Assembly: GCA_938038445.1 (NCBI GenBank)
Contig: CALHRZ010000017.1
Coordinates: 12,065-76,064, forward strand
Reading direction: 5' to 3'
Source of the DNA: an uncultured bacterium
Lineage (GTDB): Bacteria; Verrucomicrobiota; Kiritimatiellia; CAIKKV01
Length of the DNA stretch: 64,000 bases
Part shown: positions 1-10,792 of the stretch, piece by piece
Layout: each line of letters begins with the position of its first letter
Numbering within the stretch: position 1 is the first letter of the stretch
Program-made: the position numbers and the translations under genes
The notes under the pieces: model-generated
Told to the model about the DNA's origin: nothing
The model's database searches: none
Seen by the model: only the letters and a program-made list of their open reading frames with translations

Positions 1-1928
1 AGCGGGCCGGCATCAATCGGACACGGCTTGTTCGTGGACGAAACCCCCGCCCGCCCTTCGAGATCACTCGTCAGGGCCCGACCTTCCTCAGCCGTTGACA
101 CAACTCGGGGGGTAACAAAAACCAGAAGATTGGTGCGTTCCCGTCCGTCCGCCGTTCGCCGGAACAGCCTCCCGATTAGGGGGATGGCACTCAAAACCGG
201 AATCCGCCGTTCTGTACGGACCTGATCTTCACGGATCAAGCCGCTGAGCACAATCGTCTCGCCGTTGGCCACGGTGACGGTCGTCGAAACTTCACGCCGG
301 GCAATTGTCGGCGTAAAGGGAGTCCCTGAAGGACCGGGATCCACAATGGCCTCGATGCTGGGATTCAGGGTCATGCGAACCAAACCATCCGGGGTGATAT
401 GGGGTGTCAGTTTGAGCTTGATCCCCACATCCATACGCTCAATGTTTTGTATGACATCCCGAGCCGTTCCGGTCCCCGCTTGAATGGTGGACCGTAGGAT
501 GGGAATGTTGTTCACCACGCTCACACTGGCATCCCGATTGTTCTGCGCAAGCAGCGGCACGTTCGAGAGAATCTTGAACCGTCCTTCCTTCCGCAACGCC
601 TGAATGTTGACGAGCGCCGGAAGCGCCGTCTGAAGCGTACCGTCCGCTGCCAGGCGCATGCCCCGTGCAAGGCCGATCGTCAAGCCCTGGGGAAACAGCC
701 CCCCTTCGACGGCCCTCATAATGGCCTCGGCGGATTCATTAAGCATTCCGCTCCCCTGAAACGCATACCGCCCCACGTCGCCGGGCGCCCCTAATGCCGC
801 CCATTCCACGCCCCATTCGCCCCCCTCGCTGGCCGAGACTTCCGCAATCAGCACTTCGATCAAGACTTGACCGGGAAACTGATCCAATTGCCGGACAAGG
901 GCTTCCACCTGCTCGAAGTCGCGAGGGGCAGCGTCCACCAGCAGTGCATTGTTGGCCGGATTCGCTTCGAGAAACACAGCGCCGGTTGGCCCAGCTCCTT
1001 TCGGACTCGAGGCGGAGGCCGCCAGAAGCGCTTTCAGGCTGGCCGCCGCTTCCTCAGCCGGCAAATGCTTCAGAAAGATGGCACGCAGCCGTCCCCGCCC
1101 TGCTTCCGGCTCCGAATCCAAACGGGCCACAAGGGTTTTCATTTCCTCGACGGCCGCCCGAGATCCCACAAGGATCAACCCGTTAATCTGCGGCGCTGCG
1201 ACAGCCTTGACCGCCCCGGTTCGCTCTCCAGGCGCAATCTGGCGACGAATGCGATCCGCTTCGGTTTCCAGAACGGCCATGGCTTCCGTCAGTTGGCGGG
1301 CTGCCTCTTCGGCCGAAGCGTGCCGCAAAGGGACTACCTCGACAACCCGAGCCAGCCCTGGCCGGTCTACGTTCGCCGCAATCTGTTCGACTCGAATGAC
1401 CCAATCGGCCGGCCCGCCGGCCACCAACATGTTGGCCGACGGAAGAACTCCAACGTAGCCTTTCCTCTCGCCACCGCCCATTTCGTTCAGCGCATTGCGT
1501 AACTCCTGGGCAGGAATGTGTTCCAACCGAAAGACCTTGGTGACCCACCCCGCCCCCGCCGGAGACTCGTCGGGACCTGCCACACGCCCCAAGACGCCGG
1601 CGGCATCCGCACGCGCGGTCACACGCGTAAGGCCGTCTTCCCCCTCCCAGACCACGCACCCCGCCGATTCCAAAACAGCCGCCAAGAGAGGATATAAATC
1701 CCCCACCGGAACATTCGCGGCCGTCAGCGAAACCCGCCCCTTGATCCCTTCAGCCACCAGGATCCGCCGACCGATCATCTCCCCCATCGTCGTGACAAAT
1801 GCCGGAATTTCTACCCCTTCGAAATGAAGGTCCACGCGCCCTTCGTTCATGGTTTGGGCGGGCAACAACGCGATGAACGACAACAGATAGACTATACCCG
1901 CTGTTCCAGTGATCCGAACGCGTTTCAT
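1..1928 (-). CDS. gspD: Type II secretion secretin GspD-like, 3' end runs off the window
   Basis: Absent from the ORF track (no stop in window); translated by hand. ATG at 1928 overlaps the upstream stop (TAATG). Signal peptide MKRVRITGTAGIVYLLSFIALLPA, N0-like VDLHFEGVEIPAFVTTMGEMIGRRILV, C-terminal secretin signature RIPVLSAIPLIGRLFRRT..RTNLLVFVTPRVV. Confidence 0.9.
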   Translation of the reverse strand, partial: MKRVRITGTAGIVYLLSFIALLPAQTMNEGRVDLHFEGVEIPAFVTTMGEMIGRRILVAEGIKGRVSLTAANVPVGDLYPLLAAVLESAGCVVWEGEDGLTRVTARADAAGVLGRVAGPDESPAGAGWVTKVFRLEHIPAQELRNALNEMGGGERKGYVGVLPSANMLVAGGPADWVIRVEQIAANVDRPGLARVVEVVPLRHASAEEAARQLTEAMAVLETEADRIRRQIAPGERTGAVKAVAAPQINGLILVGSRAAVEEMKTLVARLDSEPEAGRGRLRAIFLKHLPAEEAAASLKALLAASASSPKGAGPTGAVFLEANPANNALLVDAAPRDFEQVEALVRQLDQFPGQVLIEVLIAEVSASEGGEWGVEWAALGAPGDVGRYAFQGSGMLNESAEAIMRAVEGGLFPQGLTIGLARGMRLAADGTLQTALPALVNIQALRKEGRFKILSNVPLLAQNNRDASVSVVNNIPILRSTIQAGTGTARDVIQNIERMDVGIKLKLTPHITPDGLVRMTLNPSIEAIVDPGPSGTPFTPTIARREVSTTVTVANGETIVLSGLIREDQVRTERRIPVLSAIPLIGRLFRRTADGRERTNLLVFVTPRVVSTAEEGRALTSDLEGRAGVSSTNKPCPIDAGP

Positions 1929-3001
1929 TAGTTCAACCGACGCATCAGCCATGTTCCCAGAATAAGAGAAACCAGAATGGGAAGCCAGACCAAAAGATGA
2001 GGCCGATATTCGGGATGATCGCCCAGGGACTTGGGAATAATGATCGCCATGTAAAAGAGAACAGCCACCAGAAGACTGAGGCCAAGACTGATCGAAGACT
2101 CCTTGCGGGGATTAAACACCGCAAGGGGAACGCCAAGTAGAACAAAAACCACCGCCGCCAGCGCCATGACTATCCGTTTATGGATTTCCACCAAAAGCCG
2201 GTAGCGGCGGAGCGGGGCGGCGGCGGTTGCCGCCATCTCCTCTACGATCTCCGTCAGCGTCAGGGTGGTGGGCTTCTTTTCATCCGAAAGGGTAGCGGTA
2301 CTTCGGATCGGAAGCCGAATCGGCCACCGCTGAACAAACCCACCAGCGGCTCCCCCTTCGAGGAAGGGCGTGATCTTGACCTCTCGCAGATCCATTTCAG
2401 CATAATCGCCTTCGGGAGAAAGAGCCAGGTGGCCCGAGCGCGCCTCGATCCGCCGCAGCGAACCGTTCCGAAGGGTCTGCAAAATCAGGACATCGTAAAT
2501 GGCATCCCCCTCCCGTTTCCCGATCCGGACGGAAAGGGTCGGCCCAAGCGCGATAAACTGGCCTTCTTCCAACAGGCTAAGGGCCAGCGAGGACCGCATC
2601 TGGGAGAGCAGTTCCCGCTGCCGTGTCTCAATGCGGGGCGCAATTTCGAAATTGACAGTCAACTCGACGGCGGCAAGAAACGCGCCAATCAGCATGGGCA
2701 TCCGGATCGCCTGCCAAAGGCTGATTCCGCAGGACTTCATCGCCGTCAGCTCCTGATCCCTGGCCAACCGGCCAAACAGTAAAAGAGTGGCCGTCAGCAG
2801 ACTTATCGGAATCGAAAAGGAAAGAAAAATCAGAAAGGAAAGCCCGAAAAACCGCACAATATCCTGAGAAGGAGCCCCCCGCGCCAGAAGATCGGTCAGT
2901 TTAAACAGGCTGAGCAGGGACATGACAAACGTCATCACGACGAGCACGGCCGCCACGGTCGCCAGAAAAGAGAGACCGATGTAACGTTGAAGAATTCGCA
3001 T
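1928..3001 (-). CDS. LptF/LptG family LPS export permease
   Basis: MRILQRYIG start, multiple TM helices, FGRLARDQELTAMKSCGISL motif, EIHKR..LGVPL and terminal WLP helix. Confidence 0.9.
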   Translation of the reverse strand: MRILQRYIGLSFLATVAAVLVVMTFVMSLLSLFKLTDLLARGAPSQDIVRFFGLSFLIFLSFSIPISLLTATLLLFGRLARDQELTAMKSCGISLWQAIRMPMLIGAFLAAVELTVNFEIAPRIETRQRELLSQMRSSLALSLLEEGQFIALGPTLSVRIGKREGDAIYDVLILQTLRNGSLRRIEARSGHLALSPEGDYAEMDLREVKITPFLEGGAAGGFVQRWPIRLPIRSTATLSDEKKPTTLTLTEIVEEMAATAAAPLRRYRLLVEIHKRIVMALAAVVFVLLGVPLAVFNPRKESSISLGLSLLVAVLFYMAIIIPKSLGDHPEYRPHLLVWLPILVSLILGTWLMRRLN

Positions 3002-3040
3002 AAATAAATTAACCGGGCCGCCGAAACCGTTTCCGGTCTT
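3002..3040 (-). terminator. Possible hairpin/terminator between ahcY and the lptF/G gene
   Basis: On the minus strand ACCGG..CCGGT can pair and is followed by TAATTTATTT; the stem is imperfect. Confidence 0.3.
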
Positions 3041-4458
3041 CAATACCGGTAATGGTCCGGCTTGAAAGGTCCGTCGGGCGACACACCGAGATAGACCGCC
3101 TGGCGGCGCGTGAGACGGTCCAGTTTCACACCCAATTGGGCCAGATGAAGCCGGGCCACCTCCTCGTCCAGACGTTTGGGGAGAACATAAACGCCGGGCG
3201 CATACTGGCCCCGCCGAGTCCAAAGTTCAATCTGAGCAAGGACCTGATTCGTGAAACTGTTGGACATGACAAAGCTCGGGTGCCCGGTCGCGCATCCCAG
3301 ATTAACCAACCGCCCCTGCGCCAACAGGATAATGCTTTTCCCATTCGGAAAGGTGATTTTATCCACTTGCGGTTTAATATTTTCCCAGCGGTATTTTCGG
3401 AGGCGCTCCACCTGGATCTCATCATCGAAGTGGCCAATGTTGCACACAATCGCCATGTCCTTCATGCGCCGCATGTGCCGCTCTGTGATGACGTCGCAAC
3501 AGCCCGTCGCCGTCACAAAAATATCTCCAATCCGGCAGGCTTCCTCCATCGGCATGATTTCATATCCCTCCATGGCGGCCTGAAGCGCGCAAATGGGATC
3601 AATCTCCGTGACGATGACTCGGGCACCCTGGCCGCGAAGCGCGGCGCAACAGCCTTTGCCGACATCCCCGTATCCCGCCACAACGGCGATTTTTCCTGCA
3701 ATCATAACGTCCGTCGCGCGGTTCAGACCATCTACGATGGAATGACGGCAGCCGTAGAGGTTGTCGAACTTGGATTTCGTGACCGAATCATTGACATTAA
3801 AGGCGGGAAATCGGAGCCGCTTTTCCCGGTGCATCTGCAGCAAACGCCGAACCCCCGTCGTGGTTTCTTCGGAAACGCCCACCAGTCGCGCCGCCATCCG
3901 ATGAAAACGGCCGGGATCGCGTTCGAGCACCGACCGAATCCGCTTCAAAAGGGCCGCTTCGTCCCCACCCCGGGGACGCCGTTGGAGTACGGCGGGATCC
4001 TCCTCCGCTTGGCAACCGAGATGGAGGAACAGCGTAGCATCCCCCCCGTCGTCCACAATGAGGTCAGGCCCCCCCTCGGCCCCCCAGTCTAGGGCGCGAT
4101 CGGTAAACTCCCAGTATTCATCCAGCGTCTCGCCCTTGCGGGCAAACACCGGAACCCCTTTGACGGCAAGAGCCGCCGCCGCATGATCCTGAGTGGAAAA
4201 GATGTTGCAGCTTGCCCATCGAACGCGAGCGCCCAACGCGAGAAGGGTCTCAATGAGAACAGCCGTCTGAATGGTCATGTGAAGCGAGCCGCTGATGTGC
4301 GCTCCCTTCAAAGGTTTCGCTCCCGCATAGCGGCGCCGGATCTCCATCAAACCGGGCATTTCCTTTTCCGCCCACGCGATCTCTCGGCGGCCCCATCCCG
4401 CCAGCTCGAGATCCGCCACCACATAATCCGCTATATCGCGCGTTCGCTTCGCACCCAT
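3040..4458 (-). CDS. ahcY: Adenosylhomocysteinase
   Basis: [60 protein letters not shown]-terminal [10 protein letters not shown]. Start moved to MGAKRT after a GA-rich RBS. Confidence 0.98.
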   Translation of the reverse strand: MGAKRTRDIADYVVADLELAGWGRREIAWAEKEMPGLMEIRRRYAGAKPLKGAHISGSLHMTIQTAVLIETLLALGARVRWASCNIFSTQDHAAAALAVKGVPVFARKGETLDEYWEFTDRALDWGAEGGPDLIVDDGGDATLFLHLGCQAEEDPAVLQRRPRGGDEAALLKRIRSVLERDPGRFHRMAARLVGVSEETTTGVRRLLQMHREKRLRFPAFNVNDSVTKSKFDNLYGCRHSIVDGLNRATDVMIAGKIAVVAGYGDVGKGCCAALRGQGARVIVTEIDPICALQAAMEGYEIMPMEEACRIGDIFVTATGCCDVITERHMRRMKDMAIVCNIGHFDDEIQVERLRKYRWENIKPQVDKITFPNGKSIILLAQGRLVNLGCATGHPSFVMSNSFTNQVLAQIELWTRRGQYAPGVYVLPKRLDEEVARLHLAQLGVKLDRLTRRQAVYLGVSPDGPFKPDHYRY

Positions 4459-4474
4459 GATTATCCCTCCCCCC

Positions 4475-5641
4475 TCACACGGCTTCCCGCAAAGCCTCAA
4501 GACGGTCCGTCCGTTCCCATGTAAAGACTTCCGCCGGCGTTGTGCGCCCAAAATGCCCATACGAGGTCGTGTGGGTAAAGATCGGCCTGAGGAGATCAAG
4601 CGTCCGGATGATCTCGGCAGGCTTGAGCGGAAAAACACGCCGAACTGCCGCCTCAATTCGCGCTTCGTCCAGATGGCCTGTGCCAAACGTTTCCACCCGG
4701 ACCGAAACGGGATCGGGATATCCAATCGCATAGGCAAGCTGCACTTCGCACCGCCGCGCCAGACGGGCGGCCACAATGTTCTTGGCAATGTAGCGCGCCA
4801 TGTATGCGGCGCTCCGGTCCACCTTGGAAGGATCCTTCCCGGAAAATGCGCCGCCCCCGTGCCGCCCCATGCCCCCGTACGTGTCCACAATGATCTTGCG
4901 CCCCGTCAACCCGCAGTCGCCCTTAGGACCCCCCAGGACGAATCGCCCCGTAGGATTGACGAGTATCCGCGTTTTCCGGGTTAGAAGATCCGCGGGAACA
5001 GTCGGGCGGATGATCGTCTCGATAATCCCTTCCCGAAGCGTCCGGTACCCAACTTCGGGCGCATGCTGGGACGAAACGACCACCGTGGTCACTTCCCGAG
5101 GGCGTCCCTCTTCATAAGCCACCGTAACCTGCGTTTTGCCGTCGGGGCGAAGAAACGGCAGCGTTTTTTTGCGACGAGCCGTCGCCAGCGCTTGACTCAG
5201 CCGATGGGCCAGCATGATGGGCATCGGCATCAACTGGGGCGTTTCGTCGCATGCATACCCAAACATCATCCCCTGATCCCCAGCCCCCTGCTCCCGATTG
5301 TACAATCCCTGACCGGGAGTCACGCCCCGCGCAATGTCCGGAGACTGGCGTTCGATCGCCACCAACACCGCAACCGTCTCGTCCGAAAAGCCCAGTTCCG
5401 GGTCCGTATATCCGATCCGCCGAATCTGGGCGCGGGCCACATCCCCGTAATTCACCTGGACCGCACTGGTGATTTCACCGGCGATGACCACCATACCGGA
5501 TTTGACAAGCGTTTCGCAGGCAACTCGGCTTCCCGGATCCCCCGCAAGATGCGCATCCAGCACAGCATCTGAAATCGCATCCGCCACCTTGTCCGGATGC
5601 CCCTCCGTAACCGATTCTGAAGAAAATAGACGTTGTTTCAT
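4475..5641 (-). CDS. metK: S-adenosylmethionine synthetase
   Basis: [35 protein letters not shown]. Confidence 0.98.
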   Translation of the reverse strand: MKQRLFSSESVTEGHPDKVADAISDAVLDAHLAGDPGSRVACETLVKSGMVVIAGEITSAVQVNYGDVARAQIRRIGYTDPELGFSDETVAVLVAIERQSPDIARGVTPGQGLYNREQGAGDQGMMFGYACDETPQLMPMPIMLAHRLSQALATARRKKTLPFLRPDGKTQVTVAYEEGRPREVTTVVVSSQHAPEVGYRTLREGIIETIIRPTVPADLLTRKTRILVNPTGRFVLGGPKGDCGLTGRKIIVDTYGGMGRHGGGAFSGKDPSKVDRSAAYMARYIAKNIVAARLARRCEVQLAYAIGYPDPVSVRVETFGTGHLDEARIEAAVRRVFPLKPAEIIRTLDLLRPIFTHTTSYGHFGRTTPAEVFTWERTDRLEALREAV

Positions 5642-5667
5642 CACAGCTCCCTGAAAACCGAATAGTA

Positions 5668-7452
5668 TCATGAAAAGGCGCCAATAAGGTCAAGCAATTC
5701 GGGCGCCACCCGGCGAATCATTCCCCGGCACATGGCGAGAACTGCGTCGGCCGTTTCCGCCGCAAGCGCCTCTTCCGCCAACGCACGGCATTCCGACGAC
5801 GAGCATTTGAGAAGGTAATGCTTGACGAGCGGAATGTTCGCCGGATTCATGCTCAGCCGGCGGACGCCTAATCCCACCAGCAGAGGGGTCAAGACCGGAT
5901 CGCCCGCCATTTCGCCGCAAACCCCCGTCCAAATACCCGCGTGGCGTCCTCCTTCCACGGTCGTTCGAATGAGTCGAAGGATCGCCGGATGGGTCGGCGC
6001 ATAAAGCGACGCCACCCGATCGTTTACCCGATCCACGGCCAGGGTGTATTGGATGAGATCGTTGGTCCCCAGACTGAAAAACGCAACCTCCTTCGCCAGG
6101 ATATCCGCCGCGACCGCAGCCGCCGGCGTTTCAATCATGATCCCAACCGGCATGCGTTCACCAAAGGGCATGCCTTCCCGGTGGAGTTCTTCGCGGACCT
6201 CCTGAAGCAGCGCATTGGCTCGCCGGACTTCCTCGACCGTCGTGATCATCGGATACATCAAGAGGACATTTCCTCCCACAGCCGCACGCAAGATGGCCCG
6301 CAGCTGGATTTTAAAGATTTCAGGATAGGCAAGACAAAACCGGATCGCGCGGAACCCAAGGAACGGATTGGCTTCTATAGGAGTTCGAAAGGCGGGCAGA
6401 ACTTTGTCCCCCCCACTGTCCAGGGTCCGAATGATCAGGGATGCCGGCGCAACAGCCTCCGCCGCCTTCCGGTAGGCTGCATATTGTGTCGCTTCGTCCG
6501 GTAACGTATCGGCTTTCATAAACAGATATTCCGACCGCATCAGGCCGACCCCTTCGGCCCCGTGCCGACGAACCTCCCGGGCTTCCTCCGGCGTCTCAAT
6601 GTTTGCCTCCACCGCAATGTCAACGCCGTCGGCCGTCCGTCCCTTCTCGTGTTGATGGCGAACCGCCAAATCCCGCCGAATCTTCTGCCGCCATTCGACC
6701 AGTTTCCCATATTCCCGCAGCCGGGACGCCGCAGGATGAATGACCACCAGCCCTTTGTCGCCATCCACCAGCAGTTCATCCCCCGGCGCGACCGATCGGC
6801 AAACGTCCCGAAGCCCAACCACAGCCGGTATTTCGAGCCCCCGCGCCATGATCGCCGTATGCGAAAGGGGGCTGCCCCCTTCCGTCACAAACCCCAACAC
6901 TTGATCTTTTCGAAACATGGCGGTTTCCGACGGCCCCAAATCATTCGCGACCACCACACATTTCGTCTGAACCCCCGAAAGCGAAGGAACCTGACGGCCC
7001 ATGAGATTCCGGATCAAACGCCGCGCGACGTCTCGAATGTCGGCAACGCGCTCCTTCAAATAATCGTCTTGCAAAGCCGAAAGCGCTTTGGAATATTCGA
7101 CCGCCGCTTCCTGCGTCGCCTGCTCGGCGTTCATCCCCTGCTCGCGGATTTTTCGGACAACCCGGTCAATAAATAAACCGTCTTCCAACACCATCTGATG
7201 CATCTCGAAAATGCCTGCGTCGGCACGCCCAATCGTCTCGGTGGCATGGGATTGAATCTCGCGCAACTGCCGCCGCGTTTCGATGACCGCCCGCTCAAAA
7301 CGCGCGATCTCCTTCATAATCTCGCTCTCGGCAATCGCCCGAACGGGCACCTCCTCGTCCTCTCGAGAAAGGACAACCGCAGGGCCTACCGCCACTCCGC
7401 TGGAAACCCCCATGCCTTGCAGCAAAATCTCCGGTTTTTCCCTTCCCGGCAT
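5668..7452 (-). CDS. ptsI: PTS enzyme I (PEP-protein phosphotransferase)
   Basis: SHTAIMAR phospho-His, [30 protein letters not shown]; no GAF domain. Confidence 0.96.
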   Translation of the reverse strand: MPGREKPEILLQGMGVSSGVAVGPAVVLSREDEEVPVRAIAESEIMKEIARFERAVIETRRQLREIQSHATETIGRADAGIFEMHQMVLEDGLFIDRVVRKIREQGMNAEQATQEAAVEYSKALSALQDDYLKERVADIRDVARRLIRNLMGRQVPSLSGVQTKCVVVANDLGPSETAMFRKDQVLGFVTEGGSPLSHTAIMARGLEIPAVVGLRDVCRSVAPGDELLVDGDKGLVVIHPAASRLREYGKLVEWRQKIRRDLAVRHQHEKGRTADGVDIAVEANIETPEEAREVRRHGAEGVGLMRSEYLFMKADTLPDEATQYAAYRKAAEAVAPASLIIRTLDSGGDKVLPAFRTPIEANPFLGFRAIRFCLAYPEIFKIQLRAILRAAVGGNVLLMYPMITTVEEVRRANALLQEVREELHREGMPFGERMPVGIMIETPAAAVAADILAKEVAFFSLGTNDLIQYTLAVDRVNDRVASLYAPTHPAILRLIRTTVEGGRHAGIWTGVCGEMAGDPVLTPLLVGLGVRRLSMNPANIPLVKHYLLKCSSSECRALAEEALAAETADAVLAMCRGMIRRVAPELLDLIGAFS

Positions 7453-7459
7453 CCGACGC

Positions 7460-7759
7460 CTACTCCTCGTAAAACTTGTTCTCGATCAACTGCTCAAGTT
7501 CCTGGAGTACGCGATCGGCATCGGTTCCGATCGCCGTCACCTTCATTTTGGAGCCCAACCCCGCTTCCAATGTCATGAGCCCCATGATGCTTTTCCCCGA
7601 AACCGTATTCCCGTCTTTTTCCACCAACACATCGGAATCGTATTTCGATGCAATCTTGACAAAAAGCGCCGACGGCCGGGCATGCAGACCGAATTTGTTC
7701 TTGATCGTGAACACTTTCAGCCGTGTAAGAGGCTTTTGCGAATCCGAATTCTGGCTCAC
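7460..7759 (-). CDS. ptsH: Phosphocarrier protein HPr
   Basis: GLHARPS (His15) and GKSIMGLMTL (Ser46). Confidence 0.96.
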   Translation of the reverse strand: MSQNSDSQKPLTRLKVFTIKNKFGLHARPSALFVKIASKYDSDVLVEKDGNTVSGKSIMGLMTLEAGLGSKMKVTAIGTDADRVLQELEQLIENKFYEE

Positions 7760-8715
7760 GAAGGACGTTCTCCCGTCAGTATGGCTTTCAGTTTGCGATC
7801 CAATTCAGCCCCCGCATCATGTCCCTGCAGCCTCAACCGATGGACAAGAGCCGCCGTTTCCACCACATTGGCCAGATCGCGGCCCGGCGCCACAGGAATC
7901 TCCACAAACGGAATTTCAACCCCAAGCACGTTGCGAGTCGGCTGCTCCTGTCCGTCTCGTATCAGCTCGGTTTCGACTTGGCTGTCCGGAGAAAGATGGA
8001 TGATCAAATCGAGAGTCTTTTCGTCCCGAACAGCCGCAATCCCATACAAGCTGGGAACATGGATGATTCCGACGCCTCGAATTTCCATGTGGTGCCGCGT
8101 CACCTCGGAAGGCGTTCCAATCACCGACCCTGTACTGTCACGGCGCATCCACGTCACGTCGTCTGAAACCAACCGATGGCCGCGTTTGATAAGGGAAAGC
8201 GCCAGTTCGCTCTTCCCCATCCCCGCCTTACCTTGCAGAAGAACCCCCAGCCCAAACACCTCCAACAGCGTCCCTTGCATCAGCAGACGAGGCGCAATGA
8301 GATTCTCCATCAGCACCGTCGCCGAATTGATGAAATTCATCGTCACCATCGGACTCCGCAAAGCCGGCGTTTGCGTCTGATCGCAGAGCTCCTGGACCTC
8401 CGCCGGCAACCGTCGTCCCCGCGTCACCACAAGGCAGGGGATGTCGCAGGCGAGCACCCGCGCCATACGGTTTCGCCGCTCCGCCAAGGGAAGAGAGGCG
8501 AGATACGCCAGCTCCGCATTGCCCAGGATCTGGACGCGCCGATGCGCAAAATAACTGAAAAAACCCGTCAACGCTAGCCCCAAACGGTTGAGCGAGGGCT
8601 CCTGAATCGGCCGTTTAAGCCCCGCATTCCCGGCCACAAGATCCAACTGAAGGCGGGCTCGACCGCTTTGATAAAAGGTTTCAACCGTCAACGTGGGTTT
8701 TCCAGGCGGAATCAT
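7756..8715 (-). CDS. hprK: HPr kinase/phosphorylase
   Basis: RVQILGNAE, Walker A GKAGMGKSE, LVSDD, HMEIRGVGII, PGRDLA. Confidence 0.96.
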   Translation of the reverse strand: MIPPGKPTLTVETFYQSGRARLQLDLVAGNAGLKRPIQEPSLNRLGLALTGFFSYFAHRRVQILGNAELAYLASLPLAERRNRMARVLACDIPCLVVTRGRRLPAEVQELCDQTQTPALRSPMVTMNFINSATVLMENLIAPRLLMQGTLLEVFGLGVLLQGKAGMGKSELALSLIKRGHRLVSDDVTWMRRDSTGSVIGTPSEVTRHHMEIRGVGIIHVPSLYGIAAVRDEKTLDLIIHLSPDSQVETELIRDGQEQPTRNVLGVEIPFVEIPVAPGRDLANVVETAALVHRLRLQGHDAGAELDRKLKAILTGERPS

Positions 8716-9068
8716 TCTGAATTCTCTTCCCCTTTCAGGCGCTGGACTTCCAACCGCCCCAGTTTCTCCCCGTTCTGATGCTGGGTGATCCGCTTCTCAC
8801 GAAACCGATTCAGCTGACGCACTATCTTGTCCACCGCCCGATCAATCGAAGCATAAAGATCTTCCGATTCATCTTTCACCTCTGTTTGAAGATGGGAACG
8901 GCCGGTCACGACAATCTCCGCGATGCGGCGAAATTTCGAGACATCCAGGATGACATGGACGGACTGGACGAACGGAAAATCGGCCAGATGATGCTCGACC
9001 CGTTTCCGAGCGTACTCCTTGATGGCATCCGTTACTTCCACGTGGCGTCCCGTGATTTCGATGCGCAT
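8712..9068 (-). CDS. hpf: Ribosome hibernation promoting factor (HPF/RaiA)
   Basis: MRIEITGRHVEVTDAIKEY, DLYASID..DKIVRQL. Confidence 0.93.
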   Translation of the reverse strand: MRIEITGRHVEVTDAIKEYARKRVEHHLADFPFVQSVHVILDVSKFRRIAEIVVTGRSHLQTEVKDESEDLYASIDRAVDKIVRQLNRFREKRITQHQNGEKLGRLEVQRLKGEENSE

Positions 9069-9093
9069 GGCATCTCCCTTTGGTTGTTCGGTT

Positions 9094-9849
9094 TTACATA
9101 CTAAACCGGGGACCCAGATAGAGCTCCCGGCTAACCGGATCATGAATCAGGAACGAGGCGGAACCCTCCCGTAGGACCTTTCCTTCGCAAATAAGACAGG
9201 CACGGTCCACGATCGAGAGCGTCTCGCGAACATTATGGTCGGTGATCAGAATCCCAAGTCCCCGTTCCCGCAAATCCGAAATGATCTTCTGCACGTCGTA
9301 AACCGCCAACGGATCCACCCCGCTGAAGGGTTCGTCAAGCAAAATCATCGCCGGCTCCGTGACCAGGGCCCGGGTAATCTCCAGGCGGCGCCGCTCCCCA
9401 CCACTCAGGGTGTGAGCCGGCTGTTTCGCCAGCGTCGTCAAACCCAACCGCGCCAGAAGCCGTTCCAGCCGTTCCCGCCGTTCGCGGGCCGTCAACGGCA
9501 GCGTCTCGAGAATCGCCATCACGTTCTCGGCAACCGTCAATTTCCGAAAAATAGAAGGTTCCTGCGACAAATACCCCATTCCGGCCCGCGCACGTCGATA
9601 CATCGGCCACGCGGTCACATCCTTCCCCCGAAACCATACCCGCCCCCCATCCGCACGGATCAACCCCACAATCATGTAAAACGTGGTGGTCTTTCCGGCG
9701 CCATTCGGACCCAACAAGCCCACCACCTCTCCCGGCCGTACGGCCAACGAGACGCCGTCCACCACCCGCCGCCCCCGGTACACCTTCACCAAACCCTCCG
9801 CTCGCAAGAGCTCCCCATTCGATGCTTCGCCTCCGGTCACAACCCCCAT
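9094..9849 (-). CDS. lptB: LPS export ABC ATPase
   Basis: GPNGAGKTTTFYM, YLSQEPSIFRKL, LSGGERRRLEI, LDEPFSGVDP, ITDHNVRETL, YLG. Confidence 0.96.
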   Translation of the reverse strand: MGVVTGGEASNGELLRAEGLVKVYRGRRVVDGVSLAVRPGEVVGLLGPNGAGKTTTFYMIVGLIRADGGRVWFRGKDVTAWPMYRRARAGMGYLSQEPSIFRKLTVAENVMAILETLPLTARERRERLERLLARLGLTTLAKQPAHTLSGGERRRLEITRALVTEPAMILLDEPFSGVDPLAVYDVQKIISDLRERGLGILITDHNVRETLSIVDRACLICEGKVLREGSASFLIHDPVSRELYLGPRFSM

Positions 9850-10328
9850 CCCTTCGATCCCTCTTTCCCGGGCGATAGAATCATGACCGGCCGTTCGCAT
9901 TCAACCCGATTGGTGGTTCGCCAGAATGTGATTTTCGTACCACTCAACTGTTCCGTTCCACGCAGGACCATCGCATTGCCGGTCAACACCAACCGACCAT
10001 CCTCAACAGTATACTCCGCCTCGTCCGCCGTGGCAATCCGATCCTGCTCGGTGATCCGCACCCGACCCGTTGCTCGGGCCGACTGAAGCTGCTGGGTCTT
10101 GGAATCCAGCTGAACAACCAACCGCTCGGCCTCGATTCTCATCGTCGGATCCTTCGCGACGACTTCCCCCTCGAAAACCGCCGTCATTTTCCCATAATCG
10201 AAAACCAGCTTTCGGGCCGTGATTTCCGTTCGGTTGGTGCCACTCTCCCCCCCTGAAGCAAGGTCCTGAGCCCGAAGCCCAGGAATGCAAAAAATGATGA
10301 TTAGAATGACCTCCAAAATCCGCTTCAT
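9837..10328 (-). CDS. lptA: LptA/OstA family LPS transport protein
   Basis: Signal peptide, beta-jellyroll pattern (EITARKL..AVFEGEV..ATGRVRI..LVLTGNA), directly upstream of lptB. Confidence 0.85.
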   Translation of the reverse strand: MKRILEVILIIIFCIPGLRAQDLASGGESGTNRTEITARKLVFDYGKMTAVFEGEVVAKDPTMRIEAERLVVQLDSKTQQLQSARATGRVRITEQDRIATADEAEYTVEDGRLVLTGNAMVLRGTEQLSGTKITFWRTTNRVECERPVMILSPGKEGSKGWGL

Positions 10329-10792
10329 GGCCTCTTCTCCCGCTCGAACCATTGTGTTCCCAGAGTGGTCACCACCCGGACATTCCGAAGAATGGTCACT
10401 TCGGTTCCGCCATTCTGCCACCGAAGTCCTTCCCCCGTCATTTGAAGTCCCGCACGGGTGACGCGAACTTCGCTCTCGGAAGTCATGCGCCCCGTCCGGA
10501 CATTGTAAAGACACTCCGCCGTCCACATTGTCATGCTCATCCGCCCTTCCTCATACACTTCCACACGGGCGTCGTAAAGGCGAATGAACGCCCCCTCCTT
10601 GACCGCCCTCTGTCCGTACAGTTCCGCCTTGAGTCGCCCCCCCTCGTCATAATGCGGCAAACGAAATTGCTCAAAGGTCATCGGCCCCGTTCCGGCTTCG
10701 GGAACGCGGATTTGGGCACGGGCGGCTCCCAAGACAACCCAAAGGCCAACCCCGGTCGCCAAAAGCCCTTCCCTAACCGGCCACAATCGCAT
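10325..10792 (-). CDS. lptC: LptC-like LPS export protein
   Basis: N-terminal hydrophobic segment, beta-rich body with MTGEGLRW..TILRNVRV; position between kdsA and lptA. Confidence 0.75.
   Translation of the reverse strand: MRLWPVREGLLATGVGLWVVLGAARAQIRVPEAGTGPMTFEQFRLPHYDEGGRLKAELYGQRAVKEGAFIRLYDARVEVYEEGRMSMTMWTAECLYNVRTGRMTSESEVRVTRAGLQMTGEGLRWQNGGTEVTILRNVRVVTTLGTQWFEREKRP

Noticed and set aside
4459-5667. SAM/SAH riboswitch before metK or ahcY
   Set aside because: The intergenic gaps are only 26 and 16 nt.
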